The position numbers were made by a program, and so were the translations under genes. A DNA stretch of 41,316 nucleotides from a virus. The notes under the pieces were generated by a model. It worked only from the letters and a program-made list of their open reading frames with translations. It had not been told where the DNA came from and ran no database searches. This document shows positions 1 to 9,248 of this stretch, one piece after another. The stretch lies in UHGV virus genome UHGV-0262680, one strand, 5' to 3'. The first letter of the stretch is position 1; the number at the start of each line of letters is the position of its first letter.

Positions 1-86
1 TGAGAGTCATATTCGCCCTGACTTTCCAGAACCATACGAACTGCCCGTTGACGGACCTCGGGGGAAAAACGTGTATTTTTAGTCAT
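1..86 (-). CDS. IS3-family transposase OrfA, N-terminal fragment (partial)
   Basis: Minus-strand ATG at 86-84 gives MTKNTRFSPEVRQRAVRMVLESQGEYDS, an IS3-family OrfA N-terminus recalled as IS629/IS1203-like; truncated by the window edge. Confidence 0.7.
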   Translation of the reverse strand, partial: MTKNTRFSPEVRQRAVRMVLESQGEYDS

Positions 87-140
87 CCTGTTTACCTCTT
101 TCTCAGGGAGTTTAGTCTCCAGGATTCCCGGGGCGGTTCA
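1..140 (-). mobile_element. IS3-family insertion sequence, terminal 140 bp (element continues left of window)
   Basis: Bases 1-140 are the exact reverse complement of 41178-41316. The element end reads TGAACCGCCCCGGG... on the minus strand and terminates at 140; the orfA start codon lies 54 bp inside the end. Confidence 0.8.
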
Positions 141-270
141 GGTAATACATCCTACTGGAACAGTTTTAATGTCAAAAACCATTTCCGGTTATGGAAATAT
201 GGATTCAACCAAAGCTTTTGTTGGAAAAGTAAAAAGAAAATGTTAGCGATTGAATCCAATTTCCCATACG

Positions 271-2112
271 TTACTGCTGTGTTGCCTCAGTAGCAAACAG
301 CGGTCTGATGGCATTCGCAGCGTTATTTATCGCTCTTTCATAGGCTGGTGTTCCTGCTTTGGTGTTTGCCAAACGAAGAAGCATATTCCTTGCTGCTTTG
401 GACTCATACAAGCGCATCATTGCACCAAAACCAGCCTCAAGCCCCATTGATACGCCAAGGGTCGCAGTTGCGCCAATCGTCCTTATCCTGTTGGCTTGCG
501 ATTGCCCCGTCTGAGTTACTACATTTGCGGTGTCTGACCTTGCTGTTTGCTGTAGAACTTCATGAAGAGCATCAAGCTCTTTCATGTGCTTTCCAGAAAA
601 AATAGTGTTGTAAATTTCACCGCCTGACTGAGATTTCAGCTTATTAACTTCAGTGATGAACTTGGCTGGAGAGTCCCCGGCCTTTTCCGCTATTTTGCTG
701 ACGTAAGCTGCACGCATAGCATCTTTCCCCTTATCATCCAGTGCGCTCCAGATTCGTTTCACGTCAGATGGTTTTCTGCTTAATACAACGGTATTTATAA
801 GTTCAGGACTGGCTTCACTGCTTGCCTTGTTGAGCTTGTTGGCAATGTTTTTATTAAGCACCTTATTATAAACGTTTGCATAATCGGAATTTGCTTTAAG
901 GTATTTTGCTGCGTCTGATGCACCGAGGTTTTTAGCAACTGCGTTACGAAGGTCTTTTGACATTGCATTCTCTACCATATTGGTAGCTGCTTTTGCCTGG
1001 TTGGGGAAGACCATAGCATCTCCCTGAACATTAGATCTAAATGCTGTTCTGTGCTGACGCAAGAGATCAAACGTAACATCCAAATCAGTTGCAGGGTTTG
1101 CTAATTCTTCACGTAGGTTACGCAAGGATGTAAGCAGGCTTTGATTGGCAGACGTCCCAAGCCGTTCCTGTCTTGCGATCGCTGTATTCAGAGCATTCAT
1201 GGTATTTGTGGTATCAACTGCGGCATTACCCATTTTATTGGTGACGTCATTGATAACAGCGCCAGCGGCATCCTTCCGCCCCCTTAACGTGGTGGTCAGA
1301 GATTTCACCACATCATCAGGGTTGTACTCACCAAAACGGTCAAAATAATTGCTTACCAGCTTACTCCGCGTTGCATATTGCTCTGCTCGCTTTGAGCCCG
1401 TCCCGAGCAAAGCCCCCTCGGCATCCTGAGTAAGGCCGCGAGTGAAAGCATTTTTCGGCGGGATAACATCAGATGTCATTGGTGTCACGCCCATCGATTC
1501 TGATGTGGCAATTTTCTTCGCCACTTCTGGCGCAATATCACCTTTTATAGCCGTTATTCCACGCCCTATTCCCTTTGCTGCTGCGGAAAGAACACCCTGA
1601 GCGGCAAGGTTAACTCCGGCATTTTTAGCTGCATTTTGTGCGAAATCGCCTTTCTGATTTGCGGCCTCTGCCAGCGATCCAATAGCCATGCTTCCTGCCG
1701 TTCCAACTCCTGGAACTAAATACCCACCAATTGTTTCACCGGCTTGTGCGTATGGGTCTGTCGGTTTGTCTACTGGACGATAAACATCATCCAAAACTTT
1801 TGGCCCACCAAGCCCCTGACTGATTGCATTAATCAGACTTGCGCCACCCTGCAATACGTCAAATGGTATGTTTACCAGACCACGACCAGCCTGTTCTGCA
1901 ATTTGCCCTGCACTTTGACCACCAGTGAGCCAATCGCCAGCTTGTTGCATCAATGATGGTTCTTCACGTACTGGTGCATTATTGGCCTGATTAACTGTTT
2001 GTTGCTGAACAACCTGACCAGCAAAATAATCATCAATGGCGGCTCCAATATCTTCCGTGCTCGTACCATCAGGGAAGGTAAATGTCTTACCGTTTGCAGT
2101 TACTTTCATCAT
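271..2112 (-). CDS. P22 gp16-like ejection (internal virion) protein, 613 aa
   Basis: Size and order match the P22 7-20-16 ejection gene set (about 229/471/609 aa). The ATG overlaps the upstream stop in an ATGA junction at 2109-2112. The protein is Ala/Gln/Asn-rich, as ejection proteins are. Confidence 0.6.
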   Translation of the reverse strand: MMKVTANGKTFTFPDGTSTEDIGAAIDDYFAGQVVQQQTVNQANNAPVREEPSLMQQAGDWLTGGQSAGQIAEQAGRGLVNIPFDVLQGGASLINAISQGLGGPKVLDDVYRPVDKPTDPYAQAGETIGGYLVPGVGTAGSMAIGSLAEAANQKGDFAQNAAKNAGVNLAAQGVLSAAAKGIGRGITAIKGDIAPEVAKKIATSESMGVTPMTSDVIPPKNAFTRGLTQDAEGALLGTGSKRAEQYATRSKLVSNYFDRFGEYNPDDVVKSLTTTLRGRKDAAGAVINDVTNKMGNAAVDTTNTMNALNTAIARQERLGTSANQSLLTSLRNLREELANPATDLDVTFDLLRQHRTAFRSNVQGDAMVFPNQAKAATNMVENAMSKDLRNAVAKNLGASDAAKYLKANSDYANVYNKVLNKNIANKLNKASSEASPELINTVVLSRKPSDVKRIWSALDDKGKDAMRAAYVSKIAEKAGDSPAKFITEVNKLKSQSGGEIYNTIFSGKHMKELDALHEVLQQTARSDTANVVTQTGQSQANRIRTIGATATLGVSMGLEAGFGAMMRLYESKAARNMLLRLANTKAGTPAYERAINNAANAIRPLFATEATQQ

Positions 2113-3524
2113 TCCACCGTAAATTGAATGACTGATTTTGAGGTATATGATCCAACCTGATTCCGTGGTTCTCCTGAAGGTGTCGAATCTTGTGCTGGCG
2201 CTGCGTCAGTATTCAATGACATATACCGCTTAACGGCACTCCCCAATGATTCACCTTTTTTAACATCCAACCCCAATATCTGACCGCCATTACGCGATTG
2301 TCCAGGATTGCCATTCGCGCTCATCCACTCAGCTTTAAACTCATTAAACTGCGCGTTTCGTCGCTCAAGGTTTGCCATTGCATCAAGCCATCTTGCGACC
2401 GTCTCAGGGTTATCCATGTCAGTTGGCGCACCCTGCCGAACGATCTCAACGTCTTTATCCGTTGCTGGGCCGGGAGGTAGGAATTTAAGAACCTGACTGT
2501 TAACAAGGGCATTTTGGCGGATGCGCAAATCACGCAATGTCGTATCGCTTCCGGTAAGTTTTGCGAACATGTTCTGTGCGTTACCGAACAAACCTGTCGT
2601 TGGTTTTTCTGCTCTGAACTGTTGAGCAAGCGCACTCATAGAATTGGCTGAGTTTGATGATGCTGTGGCATTGTTTACAGCCGTCTCGATGCCTTTTTCC
2701 ATGTTTACTGACAGCTTAGGTGCTTCACTAATCAACTGCTGAGCCTTTTCCTGCGCTTGCTGCATCTTAAACCCGAACTCTTGCTGATCCAGAGCCAAGC
2801 GTTGTGCTGCGATATTGTGCCCAGTCATTGCTGACTGATAGGAAAGGTTTTGCCCTCTCGCCTGAAGTGCTTCACCAGCCTGATTGCTGCGGATTGTCTC
2901 TGCCAGCCTGCCTCGGTCAATTTCACGACCAGCCATCTTATCCTGAACAGCAAACGCCTTTTCTGGTCCAAGCGCACCGAGAGACATAGTAGTCAGCATG
3001 TGTGATAGCTGCTCTGGATTCTGGATACCTGTCTGAATCATCCAGTCAGCATTAGCACCAACGCGATTTAACCTGTCCTTGTTGTCAGTAATGAATTTAC
3101 TGTAGGCTTCCGGTCCCTGAGAAAGAGCGACGTTAGCCCTCATGGCTAAATCGCCCATATCGTTGCGTTGCTGATCATTAAGACCAGAAAACGCCTGTTG
3201 TGCCTGTGCAACAAACGCTGGATTTTCCTGGGCAAACTTAAATAGTCCCGATGGATCACCAGAAGCCCATGCATCAGCGTGAACCTTATTGAACGCACTA
3301 ATCGCTTTCTGTTGCTGTTCCTGATTGTAAATATCAGCAACTCCAGCCAGACCACGTAACGCGGTCAGACCAACGTTATTTGCACCTGAGCGAGCCAACT
3401 CATTGTTTTCGCGGATCAGACCAAGCGTTGCGTTAATGTCGCTTGCCTTTGGCGCATTCTCATTTTGCGTACCGATGCCAGCCAGAAAACCACCAGAATT
3501 AATACCATGTTGCCACGTAGCCAT
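2109..3524 (-). CDS. P22 gp20-like ejection protein, 471 aa
   Basis: 471 aa equals the recalled length of P22 gp20; it sits between the gp7-like and gp16-like ORFs and is Gln/Ala/Asn-rich. Confidence 0.6.
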   Translation of the reverse strand: MATWQHGINSGGFLAGIGTQNENAPKASDINATLGLIRENNELARSGANNVGLTALRGLAGVADIYNQEQQQKAISAFNKVHADAWASGDPSGLFKFAQENPAFVAQAQQAFSGLNDQQRNDMGDLAMRANVALSQGPEAYSKFITDNKDRLNRVGANADWMIQTGIQNPEQLSHMLTTMSLGALGPEKAFAVQDKMAGREIDRGRLAETIRSNQAGEALQARGQNLSYQSAMTGHNIAAQRLALDQQEFGFKMQQAQEKAQQLISEAPKLSVNMEKGIETAVNNATASSNSANSMSALAQQFRAEKPTTGLFGNAQNMFAKLTGSDTTLRDLRIRQNALVNSQVLKFLPPGPATDKDVEIVRQGAPTDMDNPETVARWLDAMANLERRNAQFNEFKAEWMSANGNPGQSRNGGQILGLDVKKGESLGSAVKRYMSLNTDAAPAQDSTPSGEPRNQVGSYTSKSVIQFTVE

Positions 3525-3533
3525 GATTACCCC

Positions 3534-4226
3534 TTAAAACAACGAGCCAAGCAGACCAAGACCGCCGCCGATCGCAGCCCCCCACGGAGTGGATGAACCA
3601 ATTAATTTCGCAAGTCCAGCCCCAGCAATAGCACCAGACGCACCTCCGCCAATAGCAGATTGCATTGCTGATGGTCTGTTGGCATTTGCCGCTGCAAGAG
3701 CCGCACTTTGCTGAGAAATCTGACTCATGTTGTTGGCATATGTCTGCCCGGCGTTTGCCTGACCTTGCAGTGCGCCAAGACCAACATTTGCCAGATTCTG
3801 GTAGTTGTTCATCTGACCAGATAGCCATTGCTGACCAAGCGTTGGTGCGATTGTTGCTAACTGATTACTGGTTGCGGTGGAACCCAATCCACCTGTTGCT
3901 TCCGCTGCAGCCAGACTCTGATAGCGAGCCTGACCTGCAAGGTCTTTATACTGCTGAGAGTTGTAATACTGGTTAAGCGCCTGACCTTGCCCCTCCAGAG
4001 ACGATAAGTTCTCGAGGCTGCCGACATACTTCTCAGCCAGAGGAGTAAACGGTTTCAGGTTGTTCATGATGGTGTTGAACTGCTGATTTTGCAGGTCTGC
4101 GGCATACTTCTGAGCTTCTGCTGCATACTTTGCGCTTTTATCAGAGCTGCCACCTTTCCCGCCTTTTTCATGGCAATAAGGTTCCTCGCCGCGCAGTTTT
4201 CTGCCCAGCTTAAATGCATATAACAT
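3534..4226 (-). CDS. P22 gp7-like ejection protein, 230 aa
   Basis: ATG at 4226-4224 with a GGGAGA ribosome-binding site that now lies 24 bp from the Mu right end. Size and position match P22 gene 7. Confidence 0.6.
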   Translation of the reverse strand: MLYAFKLGRKLRGEEPYCHEKGGKGGSSDKSAKYAAEAQKYAADLQNQQFNTIMNNLKPFTPLAEKYVGSLENLSSLEGQGQALNQYYNSQQYKDLAGQARYQSLAAAEATGGLGSTATSNQLATIAPTLGQQWLSGQMNNYQNLANVGLGALQGQANAGQTYANNMSQISQQSAALAAANANRPSAMQSAIGGGASGAIAGAGLAKLIGSSTPWGAAIGGGLGLLGSLF

Positions 4227-4245
4227 GGCTATCTCCCGTGATTCA

Positions 4246-4250
4246 GGAAT
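4246..4250. repeat. 5-bp target-site duplication GGAAT (left copy)
   Basis: GGAAT immediately outside the Mu right end is repeated at 37939-37943 immediately outside the Mu left end; Mu transposition makes 5-bp duplications. Confidence 0.85.
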
Positions 4251-4330
4251 TGAAGCGGCGCACGAAAAACGCGAAAACGTTTCACGATAAATGCGAAAAC
4301 TTTAATTTTCGTGCTTCAAACGAAACAGCG
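4251..4330. promoter_or_regulatory. Mu right end (attR) with repeated CGAAAA-type transposase-binding motifs
   Basis: Matches the recalled Mu R-end sequence; the motifs CACGAAAAACGCGAAAACG, TTTCACGATAAATGCGAAAAC and TTTTCGTGCTTCAAACGAAA fit R1-R3-type MuA sites. Confidence 0.6.
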
Positions 4331-4350
4331 GCATTAACCGCTGTTTTTTT
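4325..4350 (+). terminator. Intrinsic-terminator-like hairpin with T-run at the Mu right end
   Basis: ACAGCGG-CATTAAC-CGCTGT followed by TTTTTTT on the plus strand, between the mom stop and the element end. Confidence 0.4.
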
Positions 4351-4365
4351 ATTCATAACGTGGGG

Positions 4366-5103
4366 TCACTTCGGGTATGGCTGAACCCTGAATAGTTTGG
4401 TGTTTAGGCGTTTTCTTGCGCGCTTGTTCAGGAACCTGATGTAGCGATATTGATTAAATTTGTGTACCACTGCCCGTTCCTTATTAGCCCGCAAATACTC
4501 GCCTCGTTGACCTCCGCGCTTAATCGCGTTCATCGCTATCTCGTGATACCACTCGCCGTCCAGTTCGTAGAATGTGCTTTCATGGCTGCCAATAAAATCA
4601 AAATTCGACGCCTGATATGCCACGCCAGCACGCCCGCAGCGTTCGTCTGCAAAGGACTGAACCCACTCCACTGACGGATACAGTAACCTGATGGTTTTCA
4701 GCGCGTAGCTGATGGCCCGTGATTCAGAATTGCGGGGCATGTCGTCGTGTAACCACATGCGGTTCAGTTCCATGTAACCCCGGTTATCTGTTTCAAGCAC
4801 GACACGACGCCCTGAGTTGGGATTAAGGGCATATCCCCACTGAAGAACGCCAACCAGATCACGTCCGCTGAATACGCCCAGATGCAGGTAGGAGTTATTC
4901 ACAAAACGGCGGGAATAATGCTTTGTCTGAATGATTGTGCGGGCCAGCCAGCAGGATATGGTTTCAACGCGCAACTCCTTTGAACCATAGCCGACAATCC
5001 GGCCTTCATACTCAATAACGCAGGGTTTTGTCAGAATGCGTGATTTCTTCTCTTTTCCCACAATACAGCTCCGTGGGATGCTCTTTGGCATTCGATATGA
5101 CAA
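4366..5103 (-). CDS. mom: Mom DNA-modification protein
   Basis: Last gene before the right end and overlaps the 3' end of com, as in Mu. The track start at 5103 is TTG; the first ATG is at 5091 (MPKSIPRS...). Confidence 0.65.
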   Translation of the reverse strand: MSYRMPKSIPRSCIVGKEKKSRILTKPCVIEYEGRIVGYGSKELRVETISCWLARTIIQTKHYSRRFVNNSYLHLGVFSGRDLVGVLQWGYALNPNSGRRVVLETDNRGYMELNRMWLHDDMPRNSESRAISYALKTIRLLYPSVEWVQSFADERCGRAGVAYQASNFDFIGSHESTFYELDGEWYHEIAMNAIKRGGQRGEYLRANKERAVVHKFNQYRYIRFLNKRARKRLNTKLFRVQPYPK

Positions 5104-5197
5104 TGTAACGTTTACAGCGAGGGCATTTAATTTCTATATGCTTAAAACCTCCTTTAAACAGTAACTTATTGCAGTTTTTACAGCGAACAGAGTCCAT
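5012..5197 (-). CDS. com: Com zinc-finger translational activator of mom, 61 aa
   Basis: ATG at 5197 after AGGGGGAA gives [61 protein letters not shown], carrying the CKNC...CPRC zinc-finger pattern of Mu Com. Confidence 0.8.
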   Translation of the reverse strand: MDSVRCKNCNKLLFKGGFKHIEIKCPRCKRYIVISNAKEHPTELYCGKREEITHSDKTLRY

Positions 5198-5270
5198 GAT
5201 TCCCCCTGTGTAATAACCAGATACGACCACCCGGAGGGCTGGGGATATTTAACCACACATGATGTAAAAC

Positions 5271-5298
5271 GACGATCGATATGATGGTATCGATCGTC
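5271..5298. promoter_or_regulatory. Perfect 11-bp inverted repeat with two GATC sites upstream of com-mom
   Basis: GACGATCGATA-TGATGG-TATCGATCGTC; the GATC sites are at 5274-5277 and 5292-5295, about 75-100 bp upstream of the com ATG. Confidence 0.45.
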
Positions 5299-5337
5299 AT
5301 AATCTATACAAAACGCTTAATTATTAACCTTTTTGAG

Positions 5338-5808
5338 TCAGCTTTCTGCGGCACTCTGAGAAAGAGGCTCTGCTATCAGGGACAGCAGTCTCTCTGTCTG
5401 TTTTCTGTTTTCGAGGGTAATTGCGCAATCCCGTTTCACCTCCTCTGCATATAATCTGACACTTTCCGCACTTTTTTGTATCTGCATTGCAATCTCTTCG
5501 AACTTTTTAAGAGATTCAGGGCGCAAATCTGCATCTGTCACCGACAAAAAATCGTTAAGCGAACCGTCCTGTGAATCTTCATAAACGCGAATGATGCCGA
5601 TTTCTGAAAGGCGCTGTGCGCTCTGTGTCAGGCGAACACTGTACACGCCCGGCAGAACGGGGAAGTCGTACTCCCCGCTCTGTGTAGTGACGTGGCTGAA
5701 AACACCTTTCAGAATCCCTGCACGGTTGTGCAGGGAGGTCAGCGTGATGGTTGTGCCGCCCAGCGGTTCTCCTGTGGGCGTTTTAATCACACCTTTAAGC
5801 TGCGGCAT
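5338..5808 (-). CDS. Truncated lambda-Stf-like side-tail-fibre N-terminal domain ORF, about 156 aa (likely gene remnant)
   Basis: From the ATG at 5808: MPQLKGVIKTPTGEPL...IRVYEDSQDGSLNDFL..., resembling the lambda Stf N-terminus (MAVKISGVLKDGTGKP...ITVYEDSQPGTLNDFL). It stops before any fibre shaft or tip and overlaps the end of the tfa gene by 14 bp. Confidence 0.55.
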   Translation of the reverse strand: MPQLKGVIKTPTGEPLGGTTITLTSLHNRAGILKGVFSHVTTQSGEYDFPVLPGVYSVRLTQSAQRLSEIGIIRVYEDSQDGSLNDFLSVTDADLRPESLKKFEEIAMQIQKSAESVRLYAEEVKRDCAITLENRKQTERLLSLIAEPLSQSAAES

Positions 5809-6325
5809 CGGGATGCTCCGGCCAGCTGATGGCATTAAGGGAGGCTTCATCAGTAACGGCGCTTAAATCCAGCGCTTTTACCGCTTTGATATACGCCATC
5901 CACTGCGCAAGACGAGCTTTGTCGTCATCACTGATGACGCCCAGCTCCAGCTCGGTTTTCCAGTCGGAGGTGATGTCCTTTGCTTCAGTCAGCAGATGCT
6001 GGCGTTGTTTTTCTGCCAGTTGCGAATAATCAACAGGAACCGGCAGCACTTCGCCGTCTTTGTAATACCAACTGGCTTCAATGCCAAAGCCTTCCGGCAG
6101 TTCATCAACTTCCACAATGGTGAAGCCTGCCGGATAAAGACGGGACACGTCTTCTGCCATTGAATAAATCACGCCGCTTTCAGGGTGAATGCACAATTTG
6201 TATCTCTTCGTGAATTTGTCCATGGATTCATAAAAATCCTGGCCGTCTTCACTGCGGAAATACTGAATGTTTTCACCATAAGGCATCTCTTTCGGGTAAT
6301 AACGCGTGACGTTTCTGAGTTCCAT
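5795..6325 (-). CDS. Tail-fibre assembly protein (Mu U / Tfa-like), 176 aa
   Basis: ATG at 6325 preceded by TAAGGAG; starts MELRNVTRYYP, the typical Tfa N-terminus, and sits directly downstream of the fibre gene. Confidence 0.7.
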   Translation of the reverse strand: MELRNVTRYYPKEMPYGENIQYFRSEDGQDFYESMDKFTKRYKLCIHPESGVIYSMAEDVSRLYPAGFTIVEVDELPEGFGIEASWYYKDGEVLPVPVDYSQLAEKQRQHLLTEAKDITSDWKTELELGVISDDDKARLAQWMAYIKAVKALDLSAVTDEASLNAISWPEHPDAAA

Positions 6326-6339
6326 TATTTTCTCCTTAA

Positions 6340-7149
6340 TTAGCCGGATACCGTGCGCCATCCGCCATTGATATAAATCTGAGTTTGTTTGTAATACACG
6401 CCGCCGATGTTATCCGCAGAGCTCTTGCCAGTTTCCTGAACGTTAATACCTGACAAAATACAACCTGAAGGCGCGCGAAATACCCAGGAAATTTCGTTAC
6501 CACCGGGATTGTGAAACACTTCGCTGGTATACCTGAAATCACGTACTGCACCAGAATCGGTGCTGCTGATAGTGATATCGCTACTGCCATCAAACAGCAC
6601 ATTGTTAATCCTGCGGGCCGTCTGAAGCCGGGTTGCCGTTCCGGCGTTGCCGCTGATGTTGTTGATGGTGATATCCGAAGTCAGGGGCATGTTGTTGACC
6701 CTGCGGGTATTCGGTACGGCACGACTGGCTTTATCTACCGTGTCACGTAACGAAAGCGCATCTATAAATTCACCGGCCGTGGTTTTGCCAAGAATACCGC
6801 GCACAAACGCACTGAGTGGCGTTAATGACATTGTGTCTTCGCCCGTAAAATACGGGAACGTATTACTCTGACCGGTTAATCCGGCAATAGCCCCAGCTGA
6901 ACCACTGTTAGTGATAAACAGCTTTTTCAGCGCCGTCATAATCTGGTTGGTCGTGTTTTTGTCCGGTTTGATATTTGCCTGCCGGAGAATTTCCAGCATT
7001 TCGGACTGCACGATATTAAACCAGTCCGGCCCCGGATACGTGGGTGGAATACCGTTCCCTCCTTCGGTGAAATAAAGCGTCGTTTTACTGTATTCAGCCG
7101 CGACGGGCGGCATAACCGGCACGCCAGTATTATTATCAATGTGAAACAT
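6340..7149 (-). CDS. Tail-fibre protein (Mu S-like N-terminus), 269 aa
   Basis: MFHIDNNTGV...PPVAAEY N-terminus of Mu/P1 S-type fibres and a conserved FPYFTGEDTMSLTPLSAFVRGILG motif comparable to P2 H/lambda Stf; AGGAG ribosome-binding site. Confidence 0.7.
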   Translation of the reverse strand: MFHIDNNTGVPVMPPVAAEYSKTTLYFTEGGNGIPPTYPGPDWFNIVQSEMLEILRQANIKPDKNTTNQIMTALKKLFITNSGSAGAIAGLTGQSNTFPYFTGEDTMSLTPLSAFVRGILGKTTAGEFIDALSLRDTVDKASRAVPNTRRVNNMPLTSDITINNISGNAGTATRLQTARRINNVLFDGSSDITISSTDSGAVRDFRYTSEVFHNPGGNEISWVFRAPSGCILSGINVQETGKSSADNIGGVYYKQTQIYINGGWRTVSG

Positions 7150-7191
7150 ATCTGATTATTTCTCCTGATATTGTGTATACAGAGATATTTA

Positions 7192-8250
7192 TTATTCAGT
7201 AGCGCTCCTTGCCTGATTAAACAACTCCGCTGTAAAAGTCAGCTCACCCTTAGCGAAGGGAGTGTTCCCTCCTGGTTGAGTCATAAAACTCTGTGAGACA
7301 GTCGTCCAGCTGTTTGTGTCGCTTTGTACGCCATTCTCTGTAATCGTTGCGCCTGCATGGCTGCCATTTTTCACTTTCCAGGCCAGGCGGTTATTGGGGG
7401 CATCAGCACCGCGGTAAGTGACCGAGGCCATAACGGCCACAACATCACTGTTGCTGTTATCCACCGCACCAAACGTGGCCTGTGCGGCATTCAGGGACGG
7501 CGAGAGCATCAGATATCCGGCCTCGCTGTCAGAGGTGTTCAGCCCCGTGACAATATCTTTATTCAGTGAGTTTTTGGCGCTTCCACCGGTAAATGCCGTT
7601 ACCGGGCTGTATCTGACCTCAATGCTTCCGAGCAGGGCGGGTTCTGCACTATTATTTCTACCGTATGTCACTGTTCCACAGTACATATCACCCAGCATTA
7701 ACGTGCCGGATGCACCCGATGAAAAAATATTGTTACCACCACCAATACTCACCTGAATTTTGTCAGTCCGGTCATCTGGTACATAAAACGATGTATTTCC
7801 AACTAATGAGCGGTTGCAGTACAGACTGGCTGAGACATAGCCGTTTTCGTTTCGCGTTGCGAAAATTTCATAGTAATAACTGGCTGCTTCATCAGGATAC
7901 GGGGTTGTAAATGAATAGCCATTAATCCTGATGTGGGATGGCGAAGATGAATATTTCTTTCCCGCACTTAATGTCAGACGAAATCCCAGCTGTACAGCTG
8001 AGGATTTTAAGTCCGGAAGTGTGCTGTACAGTGTGACATATGAGGGTGTCGTAAAAATCAGCCCCGTTCTTTCTACAGTATTTACGGCCTGAGTGCCACG
8101 ACAGACGGATGTTACAGAACCGGACATATCATTGATAAGCGTGACACCGTTTTCGTTCAGTGCTGAAATAATATTTGTTGAATAATAGTTCTCGCACAAT
8201 CCCTCATTCGCCGGAATTTGTCGAAAACTTTCGAGTTTAATAATATTCAA
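7192..8250 (-). CDS. Hypothetical Ser/Thr/Gly/Asn-rich virion protein, 352 aa, probable TTG start
   Basis: Long ORF between the gp48-like baseplate gene and the fibre gene; AAGGAG lies 7 nt upstream of the TTG at 8250. No family recognised from memory. Confidence 0.45.
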   Translation of the reverse strand: MNIIKLESFRQIPANEGLCENYYSTNIISALNENGVTLINDMSGSVTSVCRGTQAVNTVERTGLIFTTPSYVTLYSTLPDLKSSAVQLGFRLTLSAGKKYSSSPSHIRINGYSFTTPYPDEAASYYYEIFATRNENGYVSASLYCNRSLVGNTSFYVPDDRTDKIQVSIGGGNNIFSSGASGTLMLGDMYCGTVTYGRNNSAEPALLGSIEVRYSPVTAFTGGSAKNSLNKDIVTGLNTSDSEAGYLMLSPSLNAAQATFGAVDNSNSDVVAVMASVTYRGADAPNNRLAWKVKNGSHAGATITENGVQSDTNSWTTVSQSFMTQPGGNTPFAKGELTFTAELFNQARSATE

Positions 8251-8273
8251 AGCGGCTCTCCTTTTATTTTATG

Positions 8274-9248
8274 TCATTCGGACGTGACCACAGCAAAATG
8301 CAGTCCCGGGTGATTAATCAATAACGGTTCACGGGTTCTGCTGGCTGTCTGCAACTGCATACTGTTAACCGGTACGGGGGAGCGGGTCCTGTATCCCGTC
8401 TGCAACTGTGCGCTGTTCATGGTCATGGGGTCCGTTGTCGGCAGACCTGAGTGCAATTGCGCCCTGCTGAGTACCAGTGGTTCTGCCGTCGGACGGGCGG
8501 CATAAAAGTTAATCCGGTTAATTGTCAGCGGCTTACCTGTCAGTGCCGGAACAAGTGCAAAATGCAGCCCTGCACAGTTAACCGTTAACGGTTCTTCTGG
8601 TTTATATCCGGCCTGAATCTGTATGCGATTAACGGATAATGGCGGACCGGACACAGCCTCATCGTTACCATCGGTGTAAAAAAACTCATACCCTGTTCCA
8701 CCCATGCGGTAATTTTTCAGGAGACATTCCAGCTCGCGGGTGCGTCCGCTGATTAATGGTGTCATGACATCATCAACACAGGTAAAACGCCCGGCGTCGC
8801 TGTCCTGAACCTCCACTTTCAGCAGCCAGCGATACCGCGCCGGATGCAGCGGGTACATGCAGTCGCGCAGGCAGTGATGCGGCAGAACGGCCGTCACCTT
8901 GATGGTGAAGCCCAGCGCCGCAGCAGCGGCTTCAATCTGCCAGGTTGCCAGCCCACCCTTGCGGCGGTATTTCTCCACCACGGCACGACGGCGGGCTTCC
9001 GTTGTGGTGGCGGCAATTCCGCATTCCGGCAGCGCCAGATACTGCTCCCACTCCGGCAGCAGCTGGAGCGTGGTTTCCGGGCGCATCTCCACATGCAGAC
9101 GCGAGGCGTCGTATTCAATGCGGGTTAAACGCGCTGCAAGCGCCCTTAAAAAACGGTTTAAATCCGCGTCGTTATCACGCGGCCATGCTTTACCCCGTGG
9201 CATGACCTGTTGCAGTGCGGTCAGCCATTCCGTCACGCTGTGAGCCAT
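8274..9248 (-). CDS. Baseplate protein (Mu gp48 / P2 gpI-like) with a C-terminal tandem-repeat extension, 324 aa
   Basis: The N-terminal ~200 aa resemble the small baseplate protein family; the C-terminus carries seven ~17-aa repeats of the form P-L-x-(V/I)-N-x-x-x-L. Confidence 0.55.
   Translation of the reverse strand: MAHSVTEWLTALQQVMPRGKAWPRDNDADLNRFLRALAARLTRIEYDASRLHVEMRPETTLQLLPEWEQYLALPECGIAATTTEARRRAVVEKYRRKGGLATWQIEAAAAALGFTIKVTAVLPHHCLRDCMYPLHPARYRWLLKVEVQDSDAGRFTCVDDVMTPLISGRTRELECLLKNYRMGGTGYEFFYTDGNDEAVSGPPLSVNRIQIQAGYKPEEPLTVNCAGLHFALVPALTGKPLTINRINFYAARPTAEPLVLSRAQLHSGLPTTDPMTMNSAQLQTGYRTRSPVPVNSMQLQTASRTREPLLINHPGLHFAVVTSE

Noticed and set aside
48-293. Plus-strand ORF of 81 aa spanning the IS end and the adjacent flank
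   Set aside because: It runs antisense across the IS terminal repeat and the orfA start and has no ribosome-binding site, so it is an artefact of the six-frame translation.
5338-5808. Treating the Stf-like ORF as a complete tail-fibre gene
   Set aside because: It encodes only the N-terminal attachment domain (about 156 aa) and stops where lambda-type fibres continue into the shaft, so it is more plausibly a truncated remnant.
8844-9243. Several overlapping plus- and minus-strand ORFs of 74-114 aa inside the gp48-like gene
   Set aside because: They are by-products of GC-rich repeat-coding sequence; the long minus-strand frame explains the region.
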